Positions 13,391 to 27,156 are shown, counted from the first letter of the stretch. The stretch is 64,000 nt of DNA from Rhina ancylostomus (GCA_030265395.1 JARFYF010000002.1:62848586-62912585); one strand, 5' to 3'. The notes: a model not told the origin generated them from the letters alone. Made by a program: numbers and translations.

Positions 13391-14099
13391 TCAGCAATCT
13401 TACAAATATTTTGTTATGCTTATCTCAATACACAAATTATTGTGGCAAAATGTCTGATGGGAAAAGTTATAAAAAAATATTCACAATAACAATTTGCCCT
13501 GAATATGAAAACCACATGACCTCTAAGTAGTCAATTTTTATATGACCTCTTTGCAGCTTTTATAATAATCGTTCAATATGGGTTTTTGTTATCCTGAGAT
13601 ACAAACAAAATAAAGATGTCTGGATTTATTCTGTTCAAGATTTTTTTATATCATTTTTATTGAACATTTAAAAAGCGTAACCATCCAATGATGCTGCAAA
13701 ACAAAAATAAAATGCAGCCAGTTGTACAGTAAAACATAAATTTTATATCTTTTATTAGTTGAATTGCTGGAAAGCATCAACTGTACTTGTTTCTATACCC
13801 AGTAAAAAAGGTAAAATAAGTGGAATCATGCTTCTATTATCAACCATTGCATTGTATCATGATATTCCTTCCATACTTCCATTCCAATATTAGATTAGAG
13901 GATCTCGTATTTTCTATTTTATGGGGCTTAAATGAAACATTGTCAATAATAATCTTAATCCATTAACCTCTAAAGACAAAAGAAAACTTAGAGAGGAATT
14001 GTATTAGTTTTGGTACCTGCATACATAATAATTCATTTTTCAATGTGGTTACTACAAATTCCACCAACATAATTTTTACTGCAATGCTGACCATAGTTG

Positions 14100-14965
14100 G
14101 ACAGAATCACAGAACAGTTATATAAGAAAACTATCTAGCTCATTAGGCTTTATGTAAAAACAATCCATCTAGTCCTACTCTTCCAGCCTCACCTGTATCC
14201 CTGGCAATTCCCTCCTTTCAAATACTTATCCAGCCCTTCGTTTTAATCATATGATTGAATCTTCCTCCACTACAACCCCTGGTAATGCATTCCAAACATT
14301 CACTGTCTAAAACAAATTCTCCTCAGGTTACTTTGGTTCTTATGCTGATCAACTATGTCTCCCAGTTCTTCACCTCTTCATCAACAAGAACAATTTCATT
14401 CTATCTAGTCTCTCTATAACCTTCACTATTTGAAATACCTCTTTCAGATCCCTTCACAACCTCTCTTGTACCAAGGAGAACAAGCCCAGCTTTTCCATTC
14501 TATCCACAGATTTAAACCTCTTATCCTAGGAATCAATTTTGTGAATGCCTTTTGCTCTCTCTTTAAAGCGCTGAAGTATGACTCCCAGAACTGGATACAA
14601 TACTCCGGTTATGGCTAAACAAGTGTTTTATAAAGTTTCATCGTTGGTCTTGTACTCATTGCTTCTGTCAATAAATTCCAGATCACCAGAATGCTTTTTT
14701 AAAGCCAATTTTTCAGCATGTTCTGCTACCTTTAATGAATAATGCAAATATACCCCAGATCTCTCCGTTCTTGTACTCCTTTTAGAATTGTGCCCTCTAG
14801 TTCATATTGCTTCTTCTCATTCTTCCTACCAAAATGTAACATTTCACATTTCACATTTCTTGGCATTAAATTTCATCTGCCACATATCCACCACTTTGTC
14901 TGTATTTCCTCAAGGTCTGTTGCTATCATTCTTACAGATCACCACATCTCCAAGTTTTACATCAT
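14100..14965 (-). mobile_element. CR1 LINE 3' part (host of a nested Rex1)
   Basis: CR1 3' end near 14105 (acagaatcacagaa); reverse strand encodes PEYCIQFW (CR1 LEYCVQFW motif); ends at the RT FADD codons (catcatc). Confidence 0.75.
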
Positions 14966-15710
14966 CAAGTCAAGTTTATTGTCACATGCACAAGTACAGT
15001 GAGGTACAGGTACAATTAGAAACTTCCTTGCAGCAATATCACAGGCACATAGGCTCAGACAACTCACGGAACATAAATTATACAAGACATTGAAAAAAAA
15101 ACCCTGTGCAAGACGTTAGTGCAAAAAAAAACACAATCAGAGACAAGTCCATGGTAGTGCAAGAGGTGGTCCGTAGTGTTCTATTGCTGAGGTAGGATTA
15201 GAGTTGTGCAGGTTGGTTCAAGAACCTGATGGTTGTAGGAAAGAAGTTGTTCCTGAACCTGGTGGNNNNNNNNNNNNNNNNNNNNNNNNNNNNNNNNNNN
15301 NNNNNNNNNNNNNNNNNNNNNNNNNNNNNNNNNNNNNNNNNNNNNNNNNNNNNNNNNNNNNNNNNTGCAGGTTGGTTCAAGAACCTGATGGTTGTAGGAA
15401 AGTAACTGTTCCTGAACCTGTTGGTATGGGATTTCAGGCCTCTGTGGCCCTGGCCTGACAGTAGCAGCAAGAAGGGGGCATGACCCAAATGGTGGGGATC
15501 CTTGATAATAGATGCCACTTTCTTGAGGCAGCACCTCCTGTAGATACTTTCAGTGGTGGGTGGGCTATGTCCCCAACTCTGCAGCTTCTTGCATTCCTGT
15601 GTGTTAGAATTGCTGGACCAGACCATGATGCAACCAGTCAGGATACTTAGAACAGTGCATCTGCAGAAGTTTGTTAGTGTATTTGGTGACATGCCAAATC
15701 TCTTTAAGCA
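14966..15710 (-). mobile_element. Rex1/Babar LINE 3' fragment inserted in a CR1
   Basis: MSPNTLTNFCRCTVLSILTGCI..W...IIKDPHH...TNRFRNSYFPTTIRFLN; (CTTGA)n-like tail with AATAAA at ~14966-14980. Confidence 0.92.
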
Positions 15711-16195
15711 GCTCTGGAAATTGTGGCACGTACACCCAAGTCCAAATTATTAATATACACAGTGCAGGCAGTGGGGTTCATCCGTTGACTTGGTACATCC
15801 CCTGAGCTTCAATGTAAACTTCCTCCAGTTACATGAAGAAACTTTTCATTACTCTTTGTTTCCTGTTATTTAACCAATTTTTTCTCCATGCTACTATAGC
15901 CTCTTTTATTTCATGGCTTTTCAATCCTGATGACAAGCCTATTATGTGGAATTTTATCAAATGTCTCTCGAAAGTCTATAAATACCATATCAACTGAATT
16001 TACTTTATCAACTCTCCATTACTTCATCTAAAAAAGCCATATCAAGTGAGTTAGATAAAATTTCCCTTTGCAAATCCATGCTGGCTTTCTCTAATTTTAA
16101 TTTCTCTAACTTATATTTGTTCAAGTGACTATTACTGATGTCCCTAATTATTGTTTCTGGAACTTTCTCCACCACAGAGCTTAAACTAGCCAGTC
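15711..16195 (-). mobile_element. CR1 LINE, continuation 5' of the Rex1 insertion
   Basis: Reverse strand gives SQHGFAKGKF.LTHL and FDKIPH.RL, in register with the 14.1-14.97 kb piece. Confidence 0.75.
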
Positions 16196-17214
16196 TTTAA
16201 CAGCTCAATATATAAAGTGTAAGATTCACAATATTTAATCTGTGAGAATAATAGATATTTCTATAAAGAATTTATAATACAAATACTTACATCAAAGTGC
16301 TTTCCTCACTGGCTACTAATGTTCATCTAAGTGCAATTTGACTTCCATATTTCCCTAACGGTGACCACACTCCAGAAATATCATGGCTATGGAATGTTCA
16401 TGGGGCACTAAAATGACTAGTCAAGTGGAGTCCTGTCAAACATCTCTGCACCAATGTCAATGGAATCATTCCAGGTAAGGATCAATAATAGTCTCTGTCT
16501 TGTCATGTCATTTCACCATTCCATTTTATTTTGGATGTAAAAGGACAGGTAGCACAAAACCTTCACTGAGGACTTCTCTCTATAAACTTAAAAATAACCT
16601 CACAGAGATAAAAACTAGAAACTATTGACAACATTTAGATTTATTTTCACCTTACAATAGTTGTGTACAAATGCCTTACATATATTTAATACCAATACTC
16701 CTATCAAACTTATTCTGCCTTTGTTTTAAAGATATTGAAATGGATCTCTTACAACATTGTTTGTGAAGAGTCATATCACTGCTAATTTATACATATTGTA
16801 CATATTATAGGCAGTGATGTTTGGGATTTTATTAAAGGAGACATACTCTTGGAATGAAACATCAGGCTATCATTATGGATATATTTGCAATGGAAAACAC
16901 ATCAGCTGAAATTACCACTTTCTATCAATTGACCCAGTGTGAATGTTGCAGACAGATGTGGTGAGACAATCAGACCATATTCCCAACATATTCCTATTAC
17001 CCATCCATCTTTCACACACTCTCCATCATTGTAACTCTATGTTAGTGTAGGCCTAAGGCACCATCTACCAACTTCAGGTATGAGACAATGCAGGAGTATT
17101 TATACAAGGACTGATGCATGCAGTCCATCCTGAACATGTCACAGGTTAAAATTGTCCTCATAAATTGACTAAATTTTATAAATATGCAATTTTCAATGAA
17201 CAATAAATTTACAC

Positions 17215-17700
17215 TACACTTGGAAAGGCAGGGATTGATGAGGGATAGTCAGCACAGAGTTACTGATAGGAGATCCTGTCTGACTGATTTAATTGGGCTT
17301 ATTTAAGGGGTAACTAAATGTATTGGTGAGGAGAGTGTGGTTGATGTGATTTACAAGGACCAGTAAAGGCTTCGGCAAGATTCCACACAAAGATGGAGGG
17401 GAGGGAATAATGAGACTTAAACCAGATGGCATAGGTTTAAGGAGAGGAGCAAAAGGATTAAAAGGAGACCTGATGAGTTTTTTTCTACCCAGAGTGTGGT
17501 TGCAATCTGAAATATATTACATTACATATGAGAAAGTGGTGATGCAGATAATCTTACAGCATTTAAAATTTATCTGAATCATGAAGGCATAGAAGGCAAT
17601 GGACTAAGTACAGGTAGATGCGGTTAATATAGATGGGAGACTTGATGGTCAGCATGAACATGGTGGGCCAAAGGACCGGCTTCTGTGCTGTACAACTCCA
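17215..17700 (+). mobile_element. CR1 LINE with a large internal deletion (RT start joined to 3' end)
   Basis: HLERQGLMRDSQH...RSCLTD then a jump to the 3' end (ggcataggtttaagg...ggtcagcatgaacatggtgggccaaagg...ctgtgctgtacaactc). Confidence 0.8.
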
Positions 17701-17959
17701 AGTTTTAAGTAGTAATAATTTTCTATTTTACATTTACTTTCAAAAGTATAGATACAGTAATGGTTGTAAGGAAGGTGTTCCAGATAAGAAAGAGATATGT
17801 TGCAAGGACTTCAGTCAACAGTTGATGGCAGTTTGCATTGCTAGCATTGAGATATTTGCCCTGGGACTGGAAGCACTGGAAAGAGTATGGAAGTATTAAA
17901 GAAAAGATTGCAGATTGCAGGATGACTATGTTGTGTGTAAACAATGTGAAAGGTGATCC

Positions 17960-18065
17960 AGGATATGAAGAAACACATGGCAAGTGTAGCTTGGTCATGA
18001 TCACATTGAATGGTGGGGTAAGCTTGAGAGGCCTGGTGGCCTACTCCTGCTCCTCTTTTCTTGCA
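17960..18065 (+). mobile_element. CR1 3' UTR tail fragment
   Basis: catgatcacattgaatggtggggtaagcttgagaggcctggtggcctactcctgctcct. Confidence 0.7.
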
Positions 18066-18169
18066 TTGTTCTCGTATTATTATTGAGGATGAAGAGATGG
18101 GATTTCTTTTAAAAATGCTACTCTTCATTGCTATTTTAAAAAAAAACTATTTTTAAGGTGCAGTCAATG

Positions 18170-18300
18170 TACCCTACAATGTATGGTGCTTTTTGTAGAT
18201 GCTATATTTTATGCCAGTAGTAAAGGGAATAAATGCTTAGAGTGATGGATGGGATACCAGTCAAGCAGACTGTTTCATCCTGGATGGTGTTGAGCTTCTT
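18170..18300 (-). mobile_element. Fragment of the LINE family at 11-12 kb
   Basis: Reverse strand aagaagctcaacaccatccaggatgaaacagtctgcttgactggtatccc is homologous to ~11800-11845. Confidence 0.6.
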
Positions 18301-18709
18301 CCTAACAATGCTAGGGTCACAAAGACATTCAATCTAATTTACTTTCATGGAAGTTGAGAGCCACAATAATGAACTCAATACTTTTAAATTATGATAATGT
18401 TGCTGAATAAAACAGCAACAGCTTCTGAAAAATGTTAACACTAAGCAATGTTGTGCTTCCTTAAAGTTAAAATTTAGATTTTCAAAGTAGGGTATCTGAA
18501 TCCAATCCTGAGATTAAAAAGTGTCTGAGAAATGGCACATTTCTAACTGTCTGTGGTCAGGAACACAGCAAGTTCAAAATTTATATTTTTCTTTTAATTT
18601 CACCTCTGTGTTCATTAACTGACTGCACTTTAAATTCTGGTGCAGGATTTTAATGAATACATTTTTACTTCACACTATTTTTAGAATTAAACATTGACAG
18701 GCACTGAAG

Positions 18710-19015
18710 ATGTTACTGGCAATGCTGGCATTTATTGTCCATCCTTAGTTGCCTCTGAACTGAGGAAGCAGTTAAGAGCCTGGAAGCTCTGGAGTAAGAT
18801 GTAGGCAAAACCATATAAAAAACAGATTTCCTTCCCTGAAGGAGGTTGAATGGGTTTCCATGAAAATCTGGTGAATTCACAGTTAGTATTAATATGACCA
18901 ACTCCAGATTTATTTAATTACTCTAATGTAAATTCCTCAGCTACTATGGTGGGATTTGAACTCATGATGCAGTATTCTGACTGCTCGTCCAGTAACATAA
19001 CCACTATGCTACCAA
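18710..19015 (-). mobile_element. tRNA-derived SINE, same family as 3425-3785
   Basis: Reverse strand head tggtagcatagtggttatgttactggac..gagttcaaatcccacc; core cagggaaggaaatctg; tail ggcaactaaggatggacaataaatgccagc. Confidence 0.8.
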
Positions 19016-20949
19016 AGCACTGCCTTTCCTTGGATTGGTTGATTGATTGGTTGACATTATTTGAAAGATGGCTGTGGGATTACCAGTAAAGTGTCATTGT
19101 TAGTAAGTTCCTCTATAGTGAAAGCTCAAATTTTTAAATCTGTATGCCTGGTGAGAATGACATATGTGGAGGTTTAAAATTCCAACTGGGTACCTACCAC
19201 AGTGGTCCAAGCAAAAACACATTTACAAATCTATAGTTGTAAAATCAATATAAGGTAATGTTATTTCAATAATAAAACTGTGCATTAAAGCTGATATGCT
19301 ATGGCAGAGTAAAATGTGAATAATTGAAAAAGAGATTGTACATCAATGGATGGATGAAATATTTCAGTACTAATTTTTTTTTACTAACATACATTTCTAT
19401 CTAGATTGTACAAATCTTCCTACTACAATGTTAAATTGTGCTAAAACCTGTTTTGGTAATTAAATAAGGAAAGCAACAACTATAATTTGATGGTGTCTTA
19501 AATTAGGCTACACTACAAACTGATATTTGCCAATGTTTCACTAATAGAAGCCTATTAAGTACACCTTTTTAATTCTGCTTATGAGTTTGTTTCAGACATA
19601 TTTGCAATGATAAAATTTCTCATTTTTAACAAGTACTTTTTAGTTAATTACAATTGATTTGAAGTACCTGGAGTAATTCTAAGTATGAGTGCAATATTAT
19701 CTCTTTGACCCATTTTAAGTATAATGTTTATTTGTGACCATTTTTGATTTTTTTAAAAACAACTAATATCTGCCTTTACATAACCAAATGTTTTGCAATG
19801 AATATTTACTGCTTCCATTTCCATGTACACAATTTTACATCAGTCTCTAAGTTACTAAACTGTCTTCAATCCTGGATGTCTCAAGTGTGCTCCTGTTATG
19901 ACTTACACCATAATTTTTTGAAATGCATGAAAAATGTACTCATCTCCATTATAACTTTGGATTAAACATACAACAATATTCTAGGTTAGATTTTATTTTT
20001 TTAATGTCCCATGGAAAATATCTCCAGCCTGTCTATGGAAAATATCTCAAGCTAGTCTAAACACTTTTGATGTCTCCATCTAGTGTTTGCATTTATTAGA
20101 AAAACATCACCAAAATACTTAGGTTCTTGACCAGCTTAATTAATTTCCCATCAGTGTTAATTCATTCTATTTTGCTAGTTCATTTTGATATTGCAACAAA
20201 CAGGTTTGTTTCAATTTTGTTAATCTCTAAATACCCAGTAACTAACCAGGATGATACTTTTCCTGATTCCCTATCGTCCTTATAGAATAATCATGAATAA
20301 AGTTAGAACATAAATACGGCAATGAAATCAAGTGTAATCTATGTGTCCATAGTGCATCCAAGGACACTGTAGAGTTAGTTTATGAGTTATTAATAAAACA
20401 TAAGAGTTAGAAAATCATTTTTATCATAGATACTTGTCAGTTCATCAGTTCAGTTTCTTCCCCAAGTGGTCTCCACATCTCAGTCTCTAAGGTTAGTCTG
20501 TAGCATTACAGTCAGAGTACTCAATAATGATTATACATCCTCACAAACTTTATCACAGTTTCTTTCTTAGTGTTTGTCCAAATGCCCAACAAGCACACAA
20601 ACTTGATAACTGTATTTAAGAGTCTCCAAACCAAGTTACTGAAAAATCCAGAAAACTACAACTACAGCTTGCTTTTCTGGTGCAACATGCACATGTGTAC
20701 TCCACAGGTAACATCCTACATATCTTGCATACAGAAATATTGGTCAAATCAGTTTCCCTCCTATTTGCTAATTAACATTTTAGAAATTTTCTACAGAGCT
20801 CTCCAAAGCCAATGCCTCACCTTAAATTATCTGGCCAGGTGTGGGGAGTAACATTCAAGCTAATGACAGAGGAACACACAGGATTAGTAGATGACTAAAC
20901 ACATTAACAGCTGCTGCAATTATTTCAAAAAAAGCCTCAAGCACCTTGG

Positions 20950-21355
20950 AAGTACCTTTTTTTGAATGAAATTGATAGTTCCCTTGTCACAGTGCCCAAT
21001 TTTCATTCCATTCCTTTCTTGAGAGCAAATATCCAATGGGTTGTCTAAAGAATAACCACCTTGATAGTAGGATTGAAAACTACCCCATTGACCCTGTCCC
21101 AGAGACAAGCATTGGTGAAGATATGGAAATAACATGGATTAAGATGGCTAAATTTAGCTTACTTCTCTGTTGAATGGAGTACTTTCATCTCCCATCTACG
21201 TGCAGCACAGATTTCGAAGCCAGAGTTCTAGATTAAGATGTAGTCACGTGCTCCTATGGTCTTGTGAAGAATGTAGGGTCAAATACTTTACAGAGGTCAA
21301 TGAAATTAATGTAAATGGGTTGCCACTGAGCCTTGCAATGTTCCCCTTGTATCAT
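20950..21355 (-). mobile_element. Decayed RTE-clade LINE RT fragment
   Basis: IQGEHCKAQWQPIYINFIDLCKVFD resembles RTE QEKCREQ..PLY.AFIDL.KAFD; FPYL further along the - strand. Confidence 0.55.
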
Positions 21356-23124
21356 TAAGTCTAGTAAGTTGATAATATAGGAAAGGTAAGTGCATATCAG
21401 GCATAAAGAGAAAGAAAATAATAATAAAAGGAAAACAAGGAATCCAACAAAGGGAAAGAAAATAATGTGTACAAAGAAAAGGGGATTAATCTTATTTGGT
21501 TCATGATCACTCAAGTATTATTAAAGAACCTGATCAGATTATTTTATGTACAGACCCACATCTAATTTACTTTTAGATTGCTTCAGAGGATCCACCAGCT
21601 ACTAAATCAGATATCACCACCCTCTAAATATCTGAAGTCTTAGTTTTGAGCTGATGTGTCTCTAAACCCAAGATATTAAATCCACTGCTTAAGATTTAGG
21701 TCATTTGCTTCTTTGTTTTATTTTAACAAGATTGTTTTCTCAAGCATTTCTTCACATCTTAATACTTAAAACCATGAGTTATCCACATTATTCCATTTGA
21801 GTTTGTATATATACCTCTGGATATATACAGTCTGAATTTCTGTAGATCTTTTTAAGGGGATGGAATTGAATTTGAACAGGACTACTTATCTGAATTTATT
21901 TTGCATCAAATCTATCTTATGAGTTGCAAGTTACAAACTAGGCAGCAAAGTACACAGATACCTAATCTGCTCCCAAATTCCTCCTAGCAACACCTGTAGT
22001 TCAATGCCAAGAACTAGCAGACACCAACCAGTCAAAGCTATTCGACTCTAGTCCTTTCTTGCAGTGAGAGGCGTTAGTTATAGGTAAAAATAAAAATGCA
22101 AGTATGCCATTTATCAGCATTGCTTTATGAAGTGTTGAAGTAATTATATTGGACTCACCTTCTACAATTGCAGTAATACACCTCCAGAACATTTGTCATA
22201 TTTTCCTTTGGAACTTCTACCTAACAATGGCAACAGTGTAAATGTTTTCAAATAGAAACAAACCATTTTTGGCAAATTAATTAATGATTCATCTTTCATG
22301 TTGTATAGTCACTCATTCTTGTTTCCCAATGACTTTACATCATTTACACATTTAATTTTAATCTTTGAAAACCATGCAAAGTTCTTTTATCTGATCTAAT
22401 GAAGTATAACTGTACATTTAGTTCTACCATTGAATATTAGCCCTTGTGCCTTTTTAAGAGCATTTATTCCTAAACTTTTCAAGCACCCCAGTCAATGTTT
22501 TCCTCAAGATTCTAGTACCACATATATGAAAGTTTATAATAAGTGTAGAAGAAAGCAACATATACTCCAATTCAAGTTCATAAATCCATTTTTGTGCAGA
22601 CCTAGATTTGAGAATCATTATTGTAATCATTATCCTTCTAGAATAAGAAGTTAGTGAGCTAATTGACAGAAATGTTGATGCATACAGTAATATTCATTTG
22701 AAATACTTAAATTTTAAGCACTTTATAAAGATGTAAGGGGCCATATTTTAAGGCATGGCAATCAGTATTTTTCAGAATGTAATTTTGGTTTCCTCAGTAA
22801 TCAAGATCCAGTTGGAGGTTTTATGTTTCAACTTACCCTGATAAATATTCTTTATCACAATGTAGTTATATATCAGCTAAATGCAGTTTATTTGCTGCAC
22901 ACTACTGTGGATGACAACACAAAAGACCCTTTTTAAAAAAATTATTCCATGTTTGGACTTGCAACAAGATGCTTCTTCTATGCAGGTATATGAGGCACTA
23001 TTAAGACAGACAACAAGAATTATTTTTGGAAAGAATTTCAACAAGTGGACATTTGTATTGGCCATGGTGAAATAAATGGGGTGAATAAAGAAAATGATGA
23101 TACTTTGGAACTGGCATTCTATAT

Positions 23125-23565
23125 GAAATCACTGCCCGAGTTCCCTGGAGATGTATTGTCAGGCACTGCCCATTTCCATTGTAGGCATCTTAATCATTTT
23201 CTCTCAATAGTCAAATAGCAGCCTAGTTGACCTGCATGCTATTCACTGGTTTTCCACCTACAAGAGCCATTGTGTCATATTCCCAAGGCTTCTTTGGCAG
23301 TATTTCTGAAACCTGTGACCTCCAGCACCCAGAAGGATAAAGCAGGCAGTCCTGGGAACTCCAAGTTCTCCTCCATGTCACCAATAATCCTGACACCAAG
23401 ATAAAACTTTACTCCTTCATCAACGGGATCAAAATCTTAGAAATCTCCACCCAATAACTAAATTATAGTTTTATACTATGCAAATCTCTGTTGTTCAACA
23501 AGCTTCACTTTTACAGGTGAAAGGACAATAAATGTCAAGCTTACTATCAATACCTATATTCCAAA
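23125..23565 (+). mobile_element. Decayed 3' part of the LINE family at 11-12 kb
   Basis: ccacctacaag..cccaaggcttctttggcag...ggatcaaaatc...ggacaataaatg, colinear with ~11900-12150. Confidence 0.6.
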
Positions 23566-23607
23566 AAATTTTTGAAGTAATTATAGACAGGGAACTATTA
23601 CTAGTAC

Positions 23608-24255
23608 TATTCTTTTTTCTTAGGTAATCCCAGCAAATTGAGGATGACTTGCTTTTAGTCCAGTTCTATGGGTTATAAAGTGACAGATGAAGCGACAGAT
23701 GAAGCCAGTGTGGGGCCTGCAGATTGTGTCACATTTGAGGCAGGGAGGGGCTTGTTGGGCAGGGCAGGGCAGATGGGGAAGTGGTGCATTCCTTCCCCCA
23801 TTTATATTGGACTTCTTTGTGATCCTGATGTACAGATATCAGATTCTCAGTGCCAACACAAATGTTCCCGTTTCAATGGTCCTGGGACTCAGTGTGAAAA
23901 TTGCACTTTTTCAAGGACGCTTTGCGAACATCCTTGAATCCTCCCCTGTCTCCCTGGTGCTGTCAGAGAGCTTGGAGTAGCATGTCTGTTTTGTGAGTCT
24001 GGAGATGGGCATGCAAACACTACTGACTGAGTGGAATTTGGGCCTTAATGCTGGGGATGTTGGCCAAATAGACTTTGTTTCACTAATACTACCAGTGGAT
24101 CTGAATGATTTTGCAGAGACAATGTTAGTGGGGATACCTCTCCAGTACTTTGAGATGCCTGCTGTAACTAGTCCATTACTAGTTCAGGGATTACTGGTGC
24201 CTGGTAAACACTGGATGTTGAGCTGGATCTGAGGTCTTGATCTTCAAACACCCTT
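23608..24255 (-). mobile_element. RTE-clade LINE 3' fragment
   Basis: Reverse translation VCMPISRLTKQTCYSKL...RFKDVRKASLKKCNF matches the RTE C-terminal motif RMP..RLPKQ.LY.EL...RFKD.LK; 3' end ggattacctaagaaaaaaga. Confidence 0.8.
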
Positions 24256-25890
24256 TCCCTCTGAAATCTAGGGGCTGTCCTCGTACTCAGAAGACAATAG
24301 TGAATTTTGCCATTGATTGGTGCTACAATGTATATTTTGAAAATCAGCTATTGTTGAGACCACAAATTTAACTTTTGCTTCTGAATTTACTGCAAACTTA
24401 TTACACCAAAGTGTTCAATGTTACCTGGATCTAAAAACAATAATAAAGAAAATTCATGAGAAAAAAAAGGCAAGGTAGAAAATCAGTGCAGTCTCTGAAG
24501 TCTAGAAATGATTGAGTTTAGGTTATAATCACCCTGGGAGCAAAATGACATTCTCATCAGAAATCAATGACTGTCATAAGTTAGACAAATAATTGGGTCA
24601 GAGGTAGTTGTTTACCTCAGAGACAATACCAGTAAATCAATAAAAGTCCTAATGCATTGCATGGATAGCTCATACATTTTACAATTACACAGACAAAAAT
24701 GAGAGAGTTGTGTATTTTTACATGTATAACTTGCAAAGTTGAAACAACAGCATAGTCAGCTGTTTGCAACCAAAGAGAAACATGAAACAGTTTGCCTCGT
24801 GTTCTGTACCTGATTAGTTAAAAATTCTATAGCTCCATTCTGCTCTTAGCTTTTGTTCAAATGAACTGACGCTAAATCATACTGTAAGTTCACCCGNNNN
24901 NNNNNNNNNNNNNNNNNNNNNNNNNNNNNNNNNNNNNNNNNNNNNNNNNNNNNNNNNNNNNNNNNNNNNNNNNNNNNNNNNNNNNNNNNNNNNNNNNNNN
25001 NNNNNNNNNNNNNNNNNNNNNNNNNNNNTATCATGTAAAATGTTGAACTTAGGGCTGTAAGATAATCCTCATGGTTGGTTTTAGAGCAGAGCATCTGTAG
25101 GAACAATTTCTTGGCTAGAAGCAACTAGCAACTCAACTGGAAATTAATAGATGGCAACAATAAGCACACAAGGTAGCTTGAACAGTGGGGAAGGTGCCAC
25201 ACACACCACTGATGATTGAAGTCTGCAAAATATTGATCATTAATCCAAGCTGAGTTAATGAACCCTATGTCCTTAATATATTGTCACTAATGATGTCGGT
25301 GTAGGAATATTCTATAAATAAATACAGCAAATTATGAAGTTAATTTGATGTCTAGTTAGTAATCTATTTATAGAGAGTGCTTATTATTGTTCTATTTGGA
25401 ATGAGAATCTTGCCAAGGCACCTCTTAATTAATACTTTGTTCCCTAAGTATTAAGCTGTACAGATCCATGCTATCACCTTATTTTCTCCTAATCTGCAAG
25501 CACAAGCTAAAAAGAATCCCTCTGTTAAAATATTTTGTTCCTTGCATGATTCATTACAAAGTTCAGATTTTTACAAATAAGGTGAAATTTAGCAATATGG
25601 TTTAAGTTGGCAGTACATTGACAGTTAGCCTTTATTTCTTGTGTGATCAAAAATGTCCTCAAATTATACTTTTAGTGAACAAAACCATTTGTGGGAAAAT
25701 AATCAACCCACTATTTTAATGGAAGTGTTTACTCTTTATATTACTAGGAAAAGAACACTTAAAGCTGTGAGCAGAATTTCATATGAACATTCTATAATTG
25801 TACGCTAATACTGGATAAATTCTAGAATGTGAATCCTAAAGCTTATGTATATTTCAGGAGGGTTTTTTCCTCTTTTAGTGATAGGAAGGG

Positions 25891-25891
<1 letters not shown>

Positions 25892-25922
<31 letters not shown>
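25892..25922. repeat. (CA)15 microsatellite
   Basis: Direct observation. Confidence 0.98.
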
Positions 25923-25924
<2 letters not shown>

Positions 25925-26659
25925 TACATTAATCCATATTATTTGTTTATCATATAAATTATTATTGCCAGACACATATCTAATCATTATGCATCGATTC
26001 ACATTGGGACAATGTTAACCATTACCTTCGCTGCCCTCCTCTCCACCCACTCACACCATCACCATTGGATTACATTAAGGTGTTAATGTGTCGACGGCTA
26101 GAGGTCAGCACAGCCTTAACTGTAGGTGGAATGGTTAGCAGTTTCAACTTTGATGAAGTTCAGCGTGTGACGCGAGATACTTAACAGCATATGTAGAAAC
26201 GCTCGAGTAATAATCTGTATGTCAGGCAACTGCCCTTTTAATTTACTTACTACTATTTTCACACTTCCTTTCGTTTCCTTCTAGGTATACTTAAAACAAA
26301 TTGCAAATAATATTTTTAAATGACACATTTTAATTTTACTAAATGATTTTACTAAATTTTACATTAAGACGCATTTTTTAAAAGGTTATTGCGTGATATC
26401 TGCTGATAGTGGTTCATGGCCAAAGAAAATAACCAGAGCGCTCACCCAAATGGATCCACAATTGCACAACCAGATCACACCTGGTCTGGACGGAGGCGCG
26501 CGCGTGCGCGCGCAAAGCCCCAGCTGCCGGGCACGCGTCTTGCGCGCCCCCCAGTTGCAGGGGAGGCTGGTGCTGAGCGCCCGGCTCTGACTCCACTCCT
26601 GCTGGCGCTCGCCCGTCAGTAATCCGACCTCAGCACGGCCGCTGCACCCACCCGCGGGA

Positions 26660-26969
26660 GGGCGAGTAGCCAGTCAATGAACAGTCATTTATTTATCTTC
26701 GGAGGGGAGGAGGGGGTGTGGGAACAGGAATAAGAAGCGTTAAGAATTTACAAGATAAAGACATTTACCGTCCTGCGCTCATACGAAAAACCTCGCTGCT
26801 TTAAATCTGGTACGAAAGAAAGAGAGGAAAAAACAGCCTGCTGATGCGCTGCAATGGTTTATCCTCAGATATCTGGAATCTGAAGTAAATTGGGTAAACC
26901 CCAAAGGAAACCTTGCCTGAACGTCAAAGAATTTGCAAGGACGCAACCTCCAAACTCTCTATAGTGAAG
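26660..26969 (+). other. Candidate non-coding first exon A (start approximate)
   Basis: Consensus donor AAG|GTAAGC (GT at 26970) downstream of the GC-rich NRF1-like block; its ATGs open only short ORFs. Confidence 0.5.
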
Positions 26970-27089
26970 GTAAGCTGTGTTGCACCGTGAATTTGTCATT
27001 TCAGATGGCGACTTTGCCTTGTACTTGGGAGGGAGGTTGTTCGAGTGAACAGGTTTGCCTGTTTGCAAAGTGACCCGACATTTTAAAAG

Positions 27090-27156
27090 TTGAACGGTTG
27101 TGAGCAGCCGCTGGGACTTTTGTCAGCGGCGGGGAGCTACTCTGGCTCCGAGCTGG
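27090..27156 (+). other. Candidate non-coding first exon B (start approximate)
   Basis: Strong donor TGG|GTGAGT (GT at 27157) within the CpG core. Confidence 0.45.

Noticed and set aside
20011-20058. 24-bp imperfect tandem duplication (also a 12-bp duplication at ~23683-23706)
   Set aside because: Two-copy slippage duplications with no spacer structure; not CRISPR-like
22990-23210. Stop-free frame (GTIKTDNKNYFWKEFQQVD...)
   Set aside because: No good acceptor, no recognisable protein, and the 3' half runs into a LINE remnant
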